NCBI GenBank assembly: GCA_029246845.1
Contig: JAQWMJ010000053.1
Coordinates: 1 to 33,823, forward strand
DNA: 33,823 bases
Direction of reading: 5' to 3'
Source of the DNA: Thermodesulfobacteriota bacterium
GTDB taxonomy: Bacteria > Desulfobacterota_D > UBA1144
This document shows positions 9,416 to 19,144 of this stretch, piece by piece (within the stretch, counting starts at the first letter, position 1; every line of letters begins with the position of its first letter). The position numbers and the translations under genes were made by a program. The notes below the pieces were generated by a model, which made no database searches, was not told the origin of the DNA, and saw nothing but the letters and a program-made list of their open reading frames with translations.

Positions 9416-11467
9416 ATGAGTATAGACTTGATTATAGAAGATATAGGCATTAAGGATGCGGGTAAGGGTTTCGCTAGGATCTCAGAAAAGAAAATGTTAC
9501 AGCTAGGCCTAGAACCTTATGACGTTGTTGAAATATGCGGTCAAAGAAAGTCAGCAATAAGGATAATGCCTATGAACAAAGAGGATTCAGACAAAGATGA
9601 CTCTATCAAGATTGATGGACTTACCAGGCAGAATATACAATCCTCAATTAAAGAAAAAGTTATTATTAAAAAAGCTGAACTGTTGGTTACAAATAAGATT
9701 GTTCTAAGTCCGACGAACCCTAAATCTTTATTGTTTATGAATGATACAAAAATTCTGTTAACTCAACTTAACAGTATTGTTGTAACAGCTGGAGACAAAC
9801 TTCAACTTAAGTTGCCAGGGAATAAAACTGAGGAGTTTAAAGTTGTTTCCACCAATCCTTCTTCACCTTCAGTTGTTGATAAGAAAACAAAAATAGATAT
9901 CAAAAGACTGAATGTTATATCTCAGGAAAAAAAGATAACAACTTATAGTGATATTGGGGGACTTCAAGAGCAAATGAAGAAGGTTAAAGATTTAGTTGAG
10001 CTTCCACTTAAGCACCCTGAAATTTTTTCAAGGTTAGGTGTAGAGCCACCTAAGGGACTGTTGCTGGTGGGACCACCTGGTACTGGGAAGACGTTACTTG
10101 CTAGAGCAATAGCACAAGAATGTGGAGTTAATTTTGTTTTGGTCAATGGCCCTGAAATTGTCAGAAAGTTTTATGGTGAGAGTGAGGCTTTACTTAGGGA
10201 GATATTTCAAAATGCCTCTGACAAACAACCTTCAATACTTTTTATCGATGAGATAGATGCTGTAGCTCCAAAAAGAGATAGAGTGCACGGTGAAGTAGAA
10301 AAAAGAATAGTTGGACAACTTCTTGCTTTAATGGATGGCTTAAAAGATAGAGGTAAGGTTATAGTTCTGGCAGCAACCAATATGCCTAATTCAATTGACC
10401 CTGCTTTAAGAAGACCCGGAAGATTTGATAAAGAAATAGTCTTAGATGCACCTAGTTTTTCTGCTAGAAAGGAAATATTAGAAATTCATACAAGAGGTAT
10501 GCCTTTGAGTAGTGATGTTAATCTAGATGAGATTTCTAATGCTACATCTGGATTTGTTGGAGCAGATCTTGAGATGTTGTGTAAGGATGCAGCTTTAATA
10601 TCCGTCCAAGGTCTAACAAGTCAAGAATCTGTTAATTATGATTTGTTAGATTCTATAACAATTTCAAATGCAAATTTTATTGAGGCAGTTAACGGGATCG
10701 AACCCTCAGCTATTAGGGAAATATTTACTGAAACACCCAAAGTTCAGTGGGATGAAATAGGTGGCTTGGAGGATGTCAAAGAAACCTTAACAAAAGTTGT
10801 TATTAACCCTATAAGAAACAATAAGTTTAGAGAAAAGATGCCAAAAGGCATAATGCTCTTTGGACCACCTGGAAGCGGAAAGACGATGTTGGCAAAAGCT
10901 CTTGCAAATGTTAGCGGTATGAACTTTATTTCGATTAAAGGCCCGGAACTAATTTCAAAATACTTAGGCGAGTCAGAAGAGCAACTTAAGGATTTCTTTA
11001 ATAAAGCTCGACAGGTTTCGCCTTCAATCCTTTTTATCGATGAGATAGATTCTATTTGTTCTATTTCCAAAGATGCCAGTAGCTCTAGTTCTCATAGAAT
11101 AATAAGCCAACTGCTTTTAGAGATGGATGGGTTTAAAGATTTAAGCAATGTTGTGGTTCTAGCAGCTACTAATAAGATCAACCGAATAGATAAGGCTTTG
11201 CTTAGGTCGGGAAGATTTGATTTGTTGTTGGAAACAAAGAACCCAACTGTTGAACAGGCAGTCTCAATATTTAATATAAAAAAGAAACTTAAAGGGTTAG
11301 AGCTACCTTTATCAAAGAAACAGCTTCAAACTTTATTGAAAGACTTCAATGGAGCCGATATAGACACAATGTTCAATCTAGCGGTTCAATTTAGTGATAC
11401 AATTAAAATAAATTATGAAAGTCTTAAAAGAGCAGCATTTGAGATACAAAAAAGAAAAAAAATATAG
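9416..11467 (+). CDS. CDC48/VCP (VAT/p97)-family AAA+ ATPase
   Basis: N-domain (DAGKGFARI...IKIDGLTRQN), D1 with TYSDIGGL, VELPLKHPE, GPPGTGKT, FIDEID, ALRRPGRFD; D2 with WDEIGGL, GPPGSGKT, FIDEID, ALLRSGRFD. Confidence 0.93.
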   Translation: MSIDLIIEDIGIKDAGKGFARISEKKMLQLGLEPYDVVEICGQRKSAIRIMPMNKEDSDKDDSIKIDGLTRQNIQSSIKEKVIIKKAELLVTNKIVLSPTNPKSLLFMNDTKILLTQLNSIVVTAGDKLQLKLPGNKTEEFKVVSTNPSSPSVVDKKTKIDIKRLNVISQEKKITTYSDIGGLQEQMKKVKDLVELPLKHPEIFSRLGVEPPKGLLLVGPPGTGKTLLARAIAQECGVNFVLVNGPEIVRKFYGESEALLREIFQNASDKQPSILFIDEIDAVAPKRDRVHGEVEKRIVGQLLALMDGLKDRGKVIVLAATNMPNSIDPALRRPGRFDKEIVLDAPSFSARKEILEIHTRGMPLSSDVNLDEISNATSGFVGADLEMLCKDAALISVQGLTSQESVNYDLLDSITISNANFIEAVNGIEPSAIREIFTETPKVQWDEIGGLEDVKETLTKVVINPIRNNKFREKMPKGIMLFGPPGSGKTMLAKALANVSGMNFISIKGPELISKYLGESEEQLKDFFNKARQVSPSILFIDEIDSICSISKDASSSSSHRIISQLLLEMDGFKDLSNVVVLAATNKINRIDKALLRSGRFDLLLETKNPTVEQAVSIFNIKKKLKGLELPLSKKQLQTLLKDFNGADIDTMFNLAVQFSDTIKINYESLKRAAFEIQKRKKI

Positions 11468-12251
11468 GTTCTTAGTTTTCTTTATTGCTTTAATATTTCT
11501 ATTCCCATTTAAGCTTGTCCAATCCGAGACATATTATTCCCCGAAGCTTCAGTCAGAATATTATAAAGATGAAATAAATAAACTGATTATCAATAGACCT
11601 TCTGAATCAAACAAATTACCTAATTATTTTTCTTCAGCTTTTCTGGGACGTCCATATAAAGCTCATACATTAATTGGAGACAAAAATAATAAAGAAGTTT
11701 TTGTTCTTAATCTAGATGAAATGGATTGCTTTACTTATCTCGACTATATACAGTCGTTAATTGAGTCAAAAGATTATTATAGTTTTATTAGTAAGCTTAA
11801 GTATGTCAGATATAAAGATGGAATTGTTAGTTTTAAAAATAGGAATCATTTTTTTTATGATTGGTCTCAGAATGTTAAAGGACTTTTAGATGTAACGAGT
11901 ATAATATTCCCACAAAAATCTGTAAAAATTACAAAAAATTTAAATTTAAAAGACGATGGCAAGTTCTTTCTTGAAGGAATAACTGTTAAAAAAGTTTATA
12001 TAAGCTATCTTCCCTCAAAGCACATAAAAAAGAATAATTTAGAAAAGCTAAAGTCCGGAGACTATATTGGTATTTATACTCATATTAAGGGACTTGATGT
12101 TTCACATGTCGGAATCTTTATTAAAAATGAACAAGGTTATTTTTATAGAAATGCATCAAGCTTATCTAAGAATAATAAAATCGTTGATACGGATTTCTTA
12201 GATTACATAAAGGACAAGCCTGGTATAATAATCTATAGAAATAGTTCGTAG
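11415..12251 (+). CDS. DUF1460-family (NlpC/P60-related) N-acetylmuramoyl-L-alanine amidase-like exported protein
   Basis: Hydrophobic N-terminal signal, FLGRPYKAHTL, MDCFTYLDY (Cys), RNHFF, GDYIGIYT, GLDVSHVG (His), RNASS. True start may be the TTG a few codons downstream. Confidence 0.85.
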   Translation: MKVLKEQHLRYKKEKKYRFLVFFIALIFLFPFKLVQSETYYSPKLQSEYYKDEINKLIINRPSESNKLPNYFSSAFLGRPYKAHTLIGDKNNKEVFVLNLDEMDCFTYLDYIQSLIESKDYYSFISKLKYVRYKDGIVSFKNRNHFFYDWSQNVKGLLDVTSIIFPQKSVKITKNLNLKDDGKFFLEGITVKKVYISYLPSKHIKKNNLEKLKSGDYIGIYTHIKGLDVSHVGIFIKNEQGYFYRNASSLSKNNKIVDTDFLDYIKDKPGIIIYRNSS

Positions 12252-12262
12252 GAGAAATTGTT

Positions 12263-12688
12263 ATGTCAGAATTATCAAAGCAAAAAGAAATTGGAGAAAA
12301 TATGTCTGATTCAAGACAGCTCACTACTCTAGTAAAAGAGCTAGACAATACACTTCGAACTGTGAAATCTGTAGATGAATATTTAACAAGAATTGCTAAA
12401 GCAAAAGAAGTTTTAGGTAAAGACTCAGTTAAAATGTCAGAAGAGATAGAAAAAAATAAAAATAACCTTGAACAATCTTTGTTAGATGTTGGAAAGTTCG
12501 TCCAGGCAGCATTAGACGATATAAAGATAAGTGAAGAAGAACTTGAGGCTGCAGCAGAGCAACTTAAGTTATATACTAATGGTGACAATGAAGCAATGGA
12601 ATACGCTGAAAAAGAGCTGAAAGGCTTAGTTGAAGGCACTTACTGGGCAAGATATTGGTCAGGGCTACTTAGTAGATTGAAAAAATAA
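12263..12688 (+). CDS. Hypothetical acidic alpha-helical/coiled-coil protein
   Basis: SD GGAG before ATG 12263 and again before in-frame ATG 12302; E/K/L-rich helical composition; fills the gap between neighbours exactly. Confidence 0.8.
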   Translation: MSELSKQKEIGENMSDSRQLTTLVKELDNTLRTVKSVDEYLTRIAKAKEVLGKDSVKMSEEIEKNKNNLEQSLLDVGKFVQAALDDIKISEEELEAAAEQLKLYTNGDNEAMEYAEKELKGLVEGTYWARYWSGLLSRLKK

Positions 12689-12689
12689 C

Positions 12690-13577
12690 TTATAATTCGG
12701 GTATTAATTCACTTCCTAAAATCTCTAAAGTTTCAATTATTTCGTCTTTATCAGGAGTAATAAAGTCTAAAACAACCTCTTTAATATCTAATCTTCTATA
12801 GGATAAAATCTTATCATATACCTCATTCTTTTTTCCAATCAACGCTGTAGGAGGATGCTCACTATTTTTATCACTTTTCTGAGTAATTCTTATTCTATTT
12901 CTTAAAGAAATACTAAAGTTATCAAGATTTCTTTCTTTTTCTTCCGCGTATTGCTTTAGATATTTCATTTTAATTTCAAGTTCATCAGAACTAAACCAAA
13001 TTGGCTGCCAACCATCTGCATGATCGATTGAACGCTCTATTGCTTTTTCATGGTTACCCCCCATCCATACAGGGAGATGTTTCTGGATAGGTTTAGGTTG
13101 AAAGGAAACATTGTTGAATGAATAAAAATTACCCTTAAAATCTGTAGGGTCATCTTCCCATAATGATTTTAATACTTTTATGTATTCAACAGTTTTATCT
13201 ATCCTCCCATCATAAGGAATATTTAATACATCAAATTCTTCTTTCATCCATCCTGGCGCAACTGTACAAGTAAGTCTACCGTCGCAAAAATGATCTAAAG
13301 TAGAGCACATCTTTGCCACAATAATCGGATTTCTATAAGGCAATATTATCGCGCTTGTACCTATTTTAATCTTTTTCGTATTTTGAGATATTGCAGTAAG
13401 TATTATAAAAGGATCTGGAAAAATATCAGAAAAGCGGCCTTTCCATTCCTCCGGAATAACTATATGGTCACTAGCCCATACAGATTTGAATCCTAATTCT
13501 TCTGCTTTTATAGCAATCTGTAATTGATCTTTTACATCAATATTCGCTAAAATTGGTAATGCTATTCCTAAATCCAT
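12690..13577 (-). CDS. Luciferase-like (LLM) class oxidoreductase, probably of the F420-dependent Rv2161c-like type
   Basis: AEELGFKSVWASDHIVIP, DPF, ILPYRNP, STLD, GRL, GWMKEEF, PKPIQKHLPVWMGG, DGWQP. Confidence 0.85.
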   Translation of the reverse strand: MDLGIALPILANIDVKDQLQIAIKAEELGFKSVWASDHIVIPEEWKGRFSDIFPDPFIILTAISQNTKKIKIGTSAIILPYRNPIIVAKMCSTLDHFCDGRLTCTVAPGWMKEEFDVLNIPYDGRIDKTVEYIKVLKSLWEDDPTDFKGNFYSFNNVSFQPKPIQKHLPVWMGGNHEKAIERSIDHADGWQPIWFSSDELEIKMKYLKQYAEEKERNLDNFSISLRNRIRITQKSDKNSEHPPTALIGKKNEVYDKILSYRRLDIKEVVLDFITPDKDEIIETLEILGSELIPEL

Positions 13578-13650
13578 ATTTATTTGACTCCAGAGAACTT
13601 TAACAAATTTTTCCTTTATAATCTATGATATAGTTTTTTTTTAAAATATT

Positions 13651-15387
13651 ATGCAAGGTAAATCAATAGTCACATTATTTAAAAGTCACAAGAGACAGAT
13701 AGTCTTTGGCTTATTGGGTCTAACTGCTGTAGATGCACTCCAATTGATGGTGCCACGAATTATTGGTGGCGTAATTACTTATTTGACAGAATCCAACTAT
13801 AATTCTCCTCATTTCATAAATAAATCTGCTTTTTATCTAATTCTTTGTGGAATCTTGATGGCTCTCTTTAGGTTTGTTTGGAGGTTTTTTTTACTAGGAA
13901 CCTCTAGAAAAATTGAAAAAGACCTTAGAGACAAATATTTTCATAAACTACAAAGCTTACCAATGTCTTTTTTTAATAAACATAATGCCGGGGATTTAAT
14001 GGCTAGAGGTGTAAATGATATCGAACAGATAAAGATGGCTTGTGGTTTTGGTATTGTTGTAGCGTATGATGGAATCTTGTTGCTGCTCTTTATCTTGCTT
14101 TCAATGCTATCTATCTCGGTTGAATTCACTCTTTACGCAGCTACACCCTTTGTCTTGGTCTCATTCTTGATAGTGAAGTATGGTCAAAAAATAGAAAGTT
14201 TATTCTTGAGTGTCCAGAAATCTTTTTCTGGGCTTACTGAAGAGGCAAGAAAGATTATTTATTCAATCAAAGCTATTAAAGCACTTAATGATGAAAGTAA
14301 CCAGATTAAAAGATTTCATATAAAAAGTAAGGACTATGAATCTCAGAATATGAATTTAATAAAGCTCTGGGCAGGATATCAACCCTTGGTAACCTTTTTT
14401 ACAAGCATTTCTATATTTATTCTTATATTATTTGGCAGCAATCTTGTTTTAATTAATAAAATTAGCTTAGGTGAATTTTCCACACTTATGCTTTATTTGA
14501 CTATGCTTAGCTGGCCCGTAATAGCAATGGGTCTAGCTGTTGATTGGTTAAAAAGAGGGAATGTTTCTTTAGAAAGAGTTAATGAAGTCATGAATCAAGA
14601 AGAGGAATTGGACGAGGTATCATTAAAAACAATTCAAGATATTGAAAGTATTGAATTCAGAGGCCTTAACTTTTCTTATAATGATCAACCTTTCTTGAAA
14701 GATATAGACTTTAAAATCAATATGGGAAGCACCCTGGGTATAACCGGGAAAACTGCTTCTGGTAAAACATCTTTAGCCAGCCTCATATTGAAATTTAATA
14801 ATGCAGATAATTTATATATAAATAATATAGATGTGAACTTGATAAATAAATCTTCTATTAGATCTAAAATATTATATGTACCTCAAGAGCCAATAATATT
14901 TTCAGGAACAATAAAAGATAATTTAAGTTTTTTTAGTGAGAATTTTGATTCAATTAGAGCGCAAACCTCATTGGAAGTCTCTATGTTTTTGATGGACGTT
15001 GAAAAAATGCCTGATGGCCTTGATACAATTGTAGGAGAGAGAGGATTATCTCTTTCCGGAGGGCAACGACAAAGGCTCTCTATTGCAAGAGCTATTTATC
15101 AAAGTCCACAAGTCCTAATTATTGATGACACATTATCTTCCTTAGATGTTGATACGGAGCTTAAGATTATTAAGAATATTAAATCTCATTATAGAGATAA
15201 GATATTAATAATAGTCTCATCGAGAATTTCTACAGTATATAGCCTGGATAAGATTTTAGTCTTAGATAAGGGTTCCATAGTAGAATCAGGGGATGCCGAA
15301 AATTTAATAAGAAACGAGGGTTTATTCCTAGATCTCATGAATGTCCAGAAAATTTTACCTAAGCAGAGAGTGCTTAGCGATGAGTAG
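13651..15387 (+). CDS. Heterodimeric ABC exporter, TMD+NBD chain 1 (MdlA/YheI-like)
   Basis: Six-TM domain, GDLMAR, Walker A GKTASGKT, signature LSGGQRQR, degenerate Walker B IIDD, H-switch replaced (SSR). Confidence 0.9.
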   Translation: MQGKSIVTLFKSHKRQIVFGLLGLTAVDALQLMVPRIIGGVITYLTESNYNSPHFINKSAFYLILCGILMALFRFVWRFFLLGTSRKIEKDLRDKYFHKLQSLPMSFFNKHNAGDLMARGVNDIEQIKMACGFGIVVAYDGILLLLFILLSMLSISVEFTLYAATPFVLVSFLIVKYGQKIESLFLSVQKSFSGLTEEARKIIYSIKAIKALNDESNQIKRFHIKSKDYESQNMNLIKLWAGYQPLVTFFTSISIFILILFGSNLVLINKISLGEFSTLMLYLTMLSWPVIAMGLAVDWLKRGNVSLERVNEVMNQEEELDEVSLKTIQDIESIEFRGLNFSYNDQPFLKDIDFKINMGSTLGITGKTASGKTSLASLILKFNNADNLYINNIDVNLINKSSIRSKILYVPQEPIIFSGTIKDNLSFFSENFDSIRAQTSLEVSMFLMDVEKMPDGLDTIVGERGLSLSGGQRQRLSIARAIYQSPQVLIIDDTLSSLDVDTELKIIKNIKSHYRDKILIIVSSRISTVYSLDKILVLDKGSIVESGDAENLIRNEGLFLDLMNVQKILPKQRVLSDE

Positions 15388-17008
15388 AGATAGAAGTATT
15401 CTTATTTGGCTCGTACGGTTTGCAAAGCCATACATCTCTTGGCTTCTTTTAGCCTTTGCTTCTATGATTATTGTAGCTTACTTTGAGTTACTGATACCCT
15501 ATAAAATTAAAGAAGTTGTTGATGGAATTTTATCTGGAGAAATAACTCAAAATATAATTAAATCTAGTGCATATAGTATTCTTAGTTTTATTGCTGTTAT
15601 TTTTATATTTAGCTCTTTATTCAGCTATATATTAAATATTTCTGGGCAAAAAATTATGTTCAATATTAGAGAGTCGCTCTTTGTGCACATACTTAAGCTT
15701 CCACAATCATATTTTGATTCTAATGATGTTGGTCGAATTACAACTAGGGTTACGAATGATATAAATGCCCTGAATGAATTTTATACAAACGTTTTAGTCC
15801 AATTTACAAAAGATTTCCTAGTAGTTCTAGGAGTCTTATTCTTGATTTTATCTTTTAATCCATTTTTAGGAATAATAATATTAGGAATTAATATCTTTGT
15901 CATATTACTTGCATTACTTTACAGAGCAAGACTAAGGAGGGTCTATACGAAACTGAGAAAAACCATTGCACAGCTTAACTCCTTTATTAACGAATCTATA
16001 AGAGCTATTACATTATTAAAAATGTATAACAAAGAAAGTTTAAACTACAAAAGATTTTCATTTTATAGCAACAGTAACTATAGGGCTAATTTAGATCAGA
16101 TGTATACCTTTGCAATGTTTAGACCTTTCGTGGAGTTTACTACAGTCTTTACCGCGGGAGTAATAATATGGGTAGGTTCTCACCAAGTTATCCAGGCCTC
16201 TATGACAATTGGCGAATTATTAGCAGTACTTTTTTACCTTCGAATGATGTTTAAACCAATATTAGATTTAGCAGACAAATACAATATATTACAATCTGCT
16301 TTAGCGGCAAGTGAGAATTTATTTAATATTGTTAATGTTGAAAGTGAGATTGATGGGCGGAAAATTTTTAATGGCGATTTTAAATCTATTGAATTCAAGA
16401 ACGTTTGGTTCTCATATGAGAAAGAGAATTGGGTATTAAAAGATTTTAATTTAGAGATTAAAAAAGGCGAATCTTTCGTCTTAATTGGCTCAACAGGTTC
16501 AGGAAAAACAACTATATTGAATTTATTGTTAGGCTTCTATCGACCACAAAAAGGAGAAATTTTAATTGACAATTCTCCGTTGGAGACTTTTAGTATAGAA
16601 AGTATTAGAAGTAATTTTTCTGTAATTATGCAAGACACTCCGTTGTTCAACAATGTTCCAGATAAAGACGATTTTCACAATATTAAAGAATTGAAATCAA
16701 TTGGTGAAAAACAAATTCAGAATATAAAAATGATGATGAGTAGGGCGTTTCAAGTGATAGTTTTGGATGAAGCTACCTCTAATTTAGATTTAGATCTTGA
16801 AAGAGATGTTAAGAATTATTTAAGAAATATTCAAGATAAAACTTCTATTGTTATAGCACATAGACTAAATTTAATTAAGGATGATGATATAATAATACTT
16901 TTAAAAGATGGAAAAATAATCGAAAAGGGCATTCATATTGATTTGATAGACAAAAAAGGACATTATCATCGCATTTTTAGTCTTAACGAGAATTTCTTTA
17001 AAAATTAG
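15380..17008 (+). CDS. Heterodimeric ABC exporter, TMD+NBD chain 2 (MdlB/YheH-like) with shortened NBD
   Basis: GRITTRVTND, Walker A GSTGSGKT, Walker B VLDEATS, IAHRL. ATG 15380 overlaps the upstream stop (ATGAGTAG). Confidence 0.88.
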   Translation: MSRDRSILIWLVRFAKPYISWLLLAFASMIIVAYFELLIPYKIKEVVDGILSGEITQNIIKSSAYSILSFIAVIFIFSSLFSYILNISGQKIMFNIRESLFVHILKLPQSYFDSNDVGRITTRVTNDINALNEFYTNVLVQFTKDFLVVLGVLFLILSFNPFLGIIILGINIFVILLALLYRARLRRVYTKLRKTIAQLNSFINESIRAITLLKMYNKESLNYKRFSFYSNSNYRANLDQMYTFAMFRPFVEFTTVFTAGVIIWVGSHQVIQASMTIGELLAVLFYLRMMFKPILDLADKYNILQSALAASENLFNIVNVESEIDGRKIFNGDFKSIEFKNVWFSYEKENWVLKDFNLEIKKGESFVLIGSTGSGKTTILNLLLGFYRPQKGEILIDNSPLETFSIESIRSNFSVIMQDTPLFNNVPDKDDFHNIKELKSIGEKQIQNIKMMMSRAFQVIVLDEATSNLDLDLERDVKNYLRNIQDKTSIVIAHRLNLIKDDDIIILLKDGKIIEKGIHIDLIDKKGHYHRIFSLNENFFKN

Positions 17009-17013
17009 TTTTC

Positions 17014-17041
17014 TTGTTGTTTTTATATTTCATCGTATAAT
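17014..17041 (+). promoter_or_regulatory. Putative sigma70 promoter of the tRNA Pro-Arg-His cluster
   Basis: TTGTTG (17014-17019), 16-nt spacer, TATAAT (17036-17041), 13 nt before tRNA-Pro. Confidence 0.5.
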
Positions 17042-17054
17042 CTATTTTTTAAAT

Positions 17055-17127
17055 CGGGGTGTGGCGCAGTTGGTAGCGCACCTGTTTTGGGAACAGGGGG
17101 TCGGAGGTTCGAGCCCTCTCACCCCGA
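17055..17127 (+). tRNA. tRNA-Pro(TGG)
   Basis: CGGGGTG/CACCCCG acceptor stem, anticodon arm CCTGT-TTTGGGA-ACAGG, GGTTCGAGCC. Confidence 0.96.
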
Positions 17128-17136
17128 TTTAATTGA

Positions 17137-17210
17137 GCGCCAGTAGCTCAGCTGGATAGAGCAAAGCACTTCTAATGCTTAGGTCGGGGGTTCGAATCCC
17201 TCCTGGCGTA
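17137..17210 (+). tRNA. tRNA-Arg(TCT)
   Basis: GCGCCAG/CTGGCGT acceptor stem, anticodon arm AAGCA-CTTCTAA-TGCTT, GGTTCGAATCC. Confidence 0.96.
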
Positions 17211-17219
17211 AATTCTTAT

Positions 17220-17294
17220 GGTGGATGTAGCTCAGTTGGTTAGAGCACCGGTTTGTGGTTCCGGGGGTCGCGGGTTCGAATCCCGTCTTCCACC
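17220..17294 (+). tRNA. tRNA-His(GTG)
   Basis: Encoded G-1 at 17220 opposite C73, anticodon loop TTGTGGT in a CCGG/CCGG stem, GGTTCGAATCC. Confidence 0.95.
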
Positions 17295-17341
17295 CAAATA
17301 AAAATATTAAATTAAAGTTTAGCCAATTAGAATCTGAAGGT

Positions 17342-18523
17342 TTAAGTTGTGTAGTATGAATTAAATCTCACATAATTAATTCCAATATCATTTGTGAGCA
17401 TGTAAGAAGAGTGCTTACCAGAATTAAGATTTATATTAATTTCTACTTCTTTTTTCTTCATTAATTTATCTGCTATTTTTGATTTTTTATATTCAATACC
17501 ATTTTTTACTATTAAATAATTACCTATACTTATATCTATTCTATTTTGATTGATATAAGACACATCTGAAGAACCAATTGCCGCTATTATTCTCCCCCAA
17601 TTTGGGTCTGAACCAAATAAGGCAGTTTTAAACAACAAGGAGTTCGAAATTTTTCTAGCAACTAGCTTGGCGCTGCTTTGAGAGCTGGCACCATGTACGG
17701 TAATTTTACAAAATTTAGTCCCACCTTCTGCATCTTTCACTATCAAAGATGCTAGATCATAGAATATTCCATTAATACTATTAGATATAGTCGAAAGAGC
17801 ATTGCTCTTAGTTGTTATAAGCGCATCGCCCCCCATCCCATTTGATAATCCAATAACAGTATCGTTGGTTGACATATCTCCATCAACACTAATGGAGTTA
17901 AAGGACAAATCAGTAGCATTGTTAATAATTTTTTTAAATAGTCTTAGTTCAAAGTCTAAATCAGTGAGGAAGAAGCAAAGCATAGTAGCCATATTAGGAT
18001 GAATCATCCCAGCACCTTTTGCGATTCCCAAAAAATTATAAGTATTTTTTCCGATTTTTAATTTTTTATGCGAGATTTTAATAGATTTATCTGTAGTTGT
18101 AATAGCATTTGCAAAATCTTTTGACGAAGTGTCTTTTAGCCTCTTTATTAATTTTGGAATATTTTTATTTATTAATTTGTAGTCTAGTGGCTGGCCGATA
18201 ATTCCGGTAGAAGAAGGAAAGAAGTTGTAAGGTTTCATGCCTGTATTTACAGACAGTTCTTTAAGGACTTCATTTGTAGCTAAAATACCATCTTCACCAG
18301 TACATGCATTCGCACTTCCACTATTAACAATTATTGATTGTATATTATTTCTCTTTACTATTTTTTTACCAACTAATACCGGGGCTGCTAAAACTTTATT
18401 CTTCGTAAAGACTGCATGAGCTTTACATTGTTTTTCAGAAAAGATTAAACCCAAGTCTTTTTTACCTGACTTTTTTAGTCCAACTGAAATACCTGAAAAT
18501 TTAAATCCTTTAACCTTAATCAT
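17342..18523 (-). CDS. argJ: Glutamate N-acetyltransferase / ornithine acetyltransferase
   Basis: VFTKNKVLAAPV, NSGSANACTG, STGIIG, AKGAGMIHPNMATML (autocleavage Thr), SVDGDMSTND, DPNWGRI. Confidence 0.97.
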   Translation of the reverse strand: MIKVKGFKFSGISVGLKKSGKKDLGLIFSEKQCKAHAVFTKNKVLAAPVLVGKKIVKRNNIQSIIVNSGSANACTGEDGILATNEVLKELSVNTGMKPYNFFPSSTGIIGQPLDYKLINKNIPKLIKRLKDTSSKDFANAITTTDKSIKISHKKLKIGKNTYNFLGIAKGAGMIHPNMATMLCFFLTDLDFELRLFKKIINNATDLSFNSISVDGDMSTNDTVIGLSNGMGGDALITTKSNALSTISNSINGIFYDLASLIVKDAEGGTKFCKITVHGASSQSSAKLVARKISNSLLFKTALFGSDPNWGRIIAAIGSSDVSYINQNRIDISIGNYLIVKNGIEYKKSKIADKLMKKKEVEININLNSGKHSSYMLTNDIGINYVRFNSYYTT

Positions 18524-19143
18524 AATAAGTCTAAGTATTGAATAGAATTGAGCTCTTTTCCAGAGTGAAATTGACTAAATTTTGCAATTATTCTTATTAA
18601 CTTAATTCTTGATTCCATATCTTTTTGAACTTCTTTCTTTGATAAGTTAACTTTTTTACCGGCTATTCGGCTTAGTTCCTCCGGCATTGGCTTTAAACCT
18701 TGGCTAGAAAGATATGTTACTTGGAATTCTAAAACGGAATCAAGAATATTTACTAAACTTGCCTTATTAACCTTAGAGAAAAAGTTTTCAATAATTAAGA
18801 ATGTGCTATTGTTCCGGACATGATTTATTTCGAAGGCATCTATATATTCGTTAACTAAAGAGCAAAGAATCGTTGCATTTTTATCCAAATCCGTATTGTT
18901 GTAATCAGAGGTTGTACTTGCTTGATTTAATATTTTTGTCGATTCACTATCTCCATTACTCTTAAAGTTAAAATTAATAAGATTAAACGGTTCAAGTTTA
19001 CCTAAAAATCTCTTTTTACTTTTCCTAGCATTTTTGACTATTGTAGAAGTTTTTCCAAATTTCTGGCTATAAACAGTGATTATGAAATCATAATCACCAT
19101 ACTCTACTTTTCTTAATATAAATCCTCTATCTTCAATGTTCAT
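18520..19143 (-). CDS. recO: DNA repair protein RecO (short form)
   Basis: GFILRKVEYGDYDFIITVYSQKFGK, NARKSKKRF, LEPF N-terminal OB fold; C-terminal ELNS; follows mgtE. Confidence 0.85.
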   Translation of the reverse strand: MNIEDRGFILRKVEYGDYDFIITVYSQKFGKTSTIVKNARKSKKRFLGKLEPFNLINFNFKSNGDSESTKILNQASTTSDYNNTDLDKNATILCSLVNEYIDAFEINHVRNNSTFLIIENFFSKVNKASLVNILDSVLEFQVTYLSSQGLKPMPEELSRIAGKKVNLSKKEVQKDMESRIKLIRIIAKFSQFHSGKELNSIQYLDLL

Positions 19144-19144
19144 T

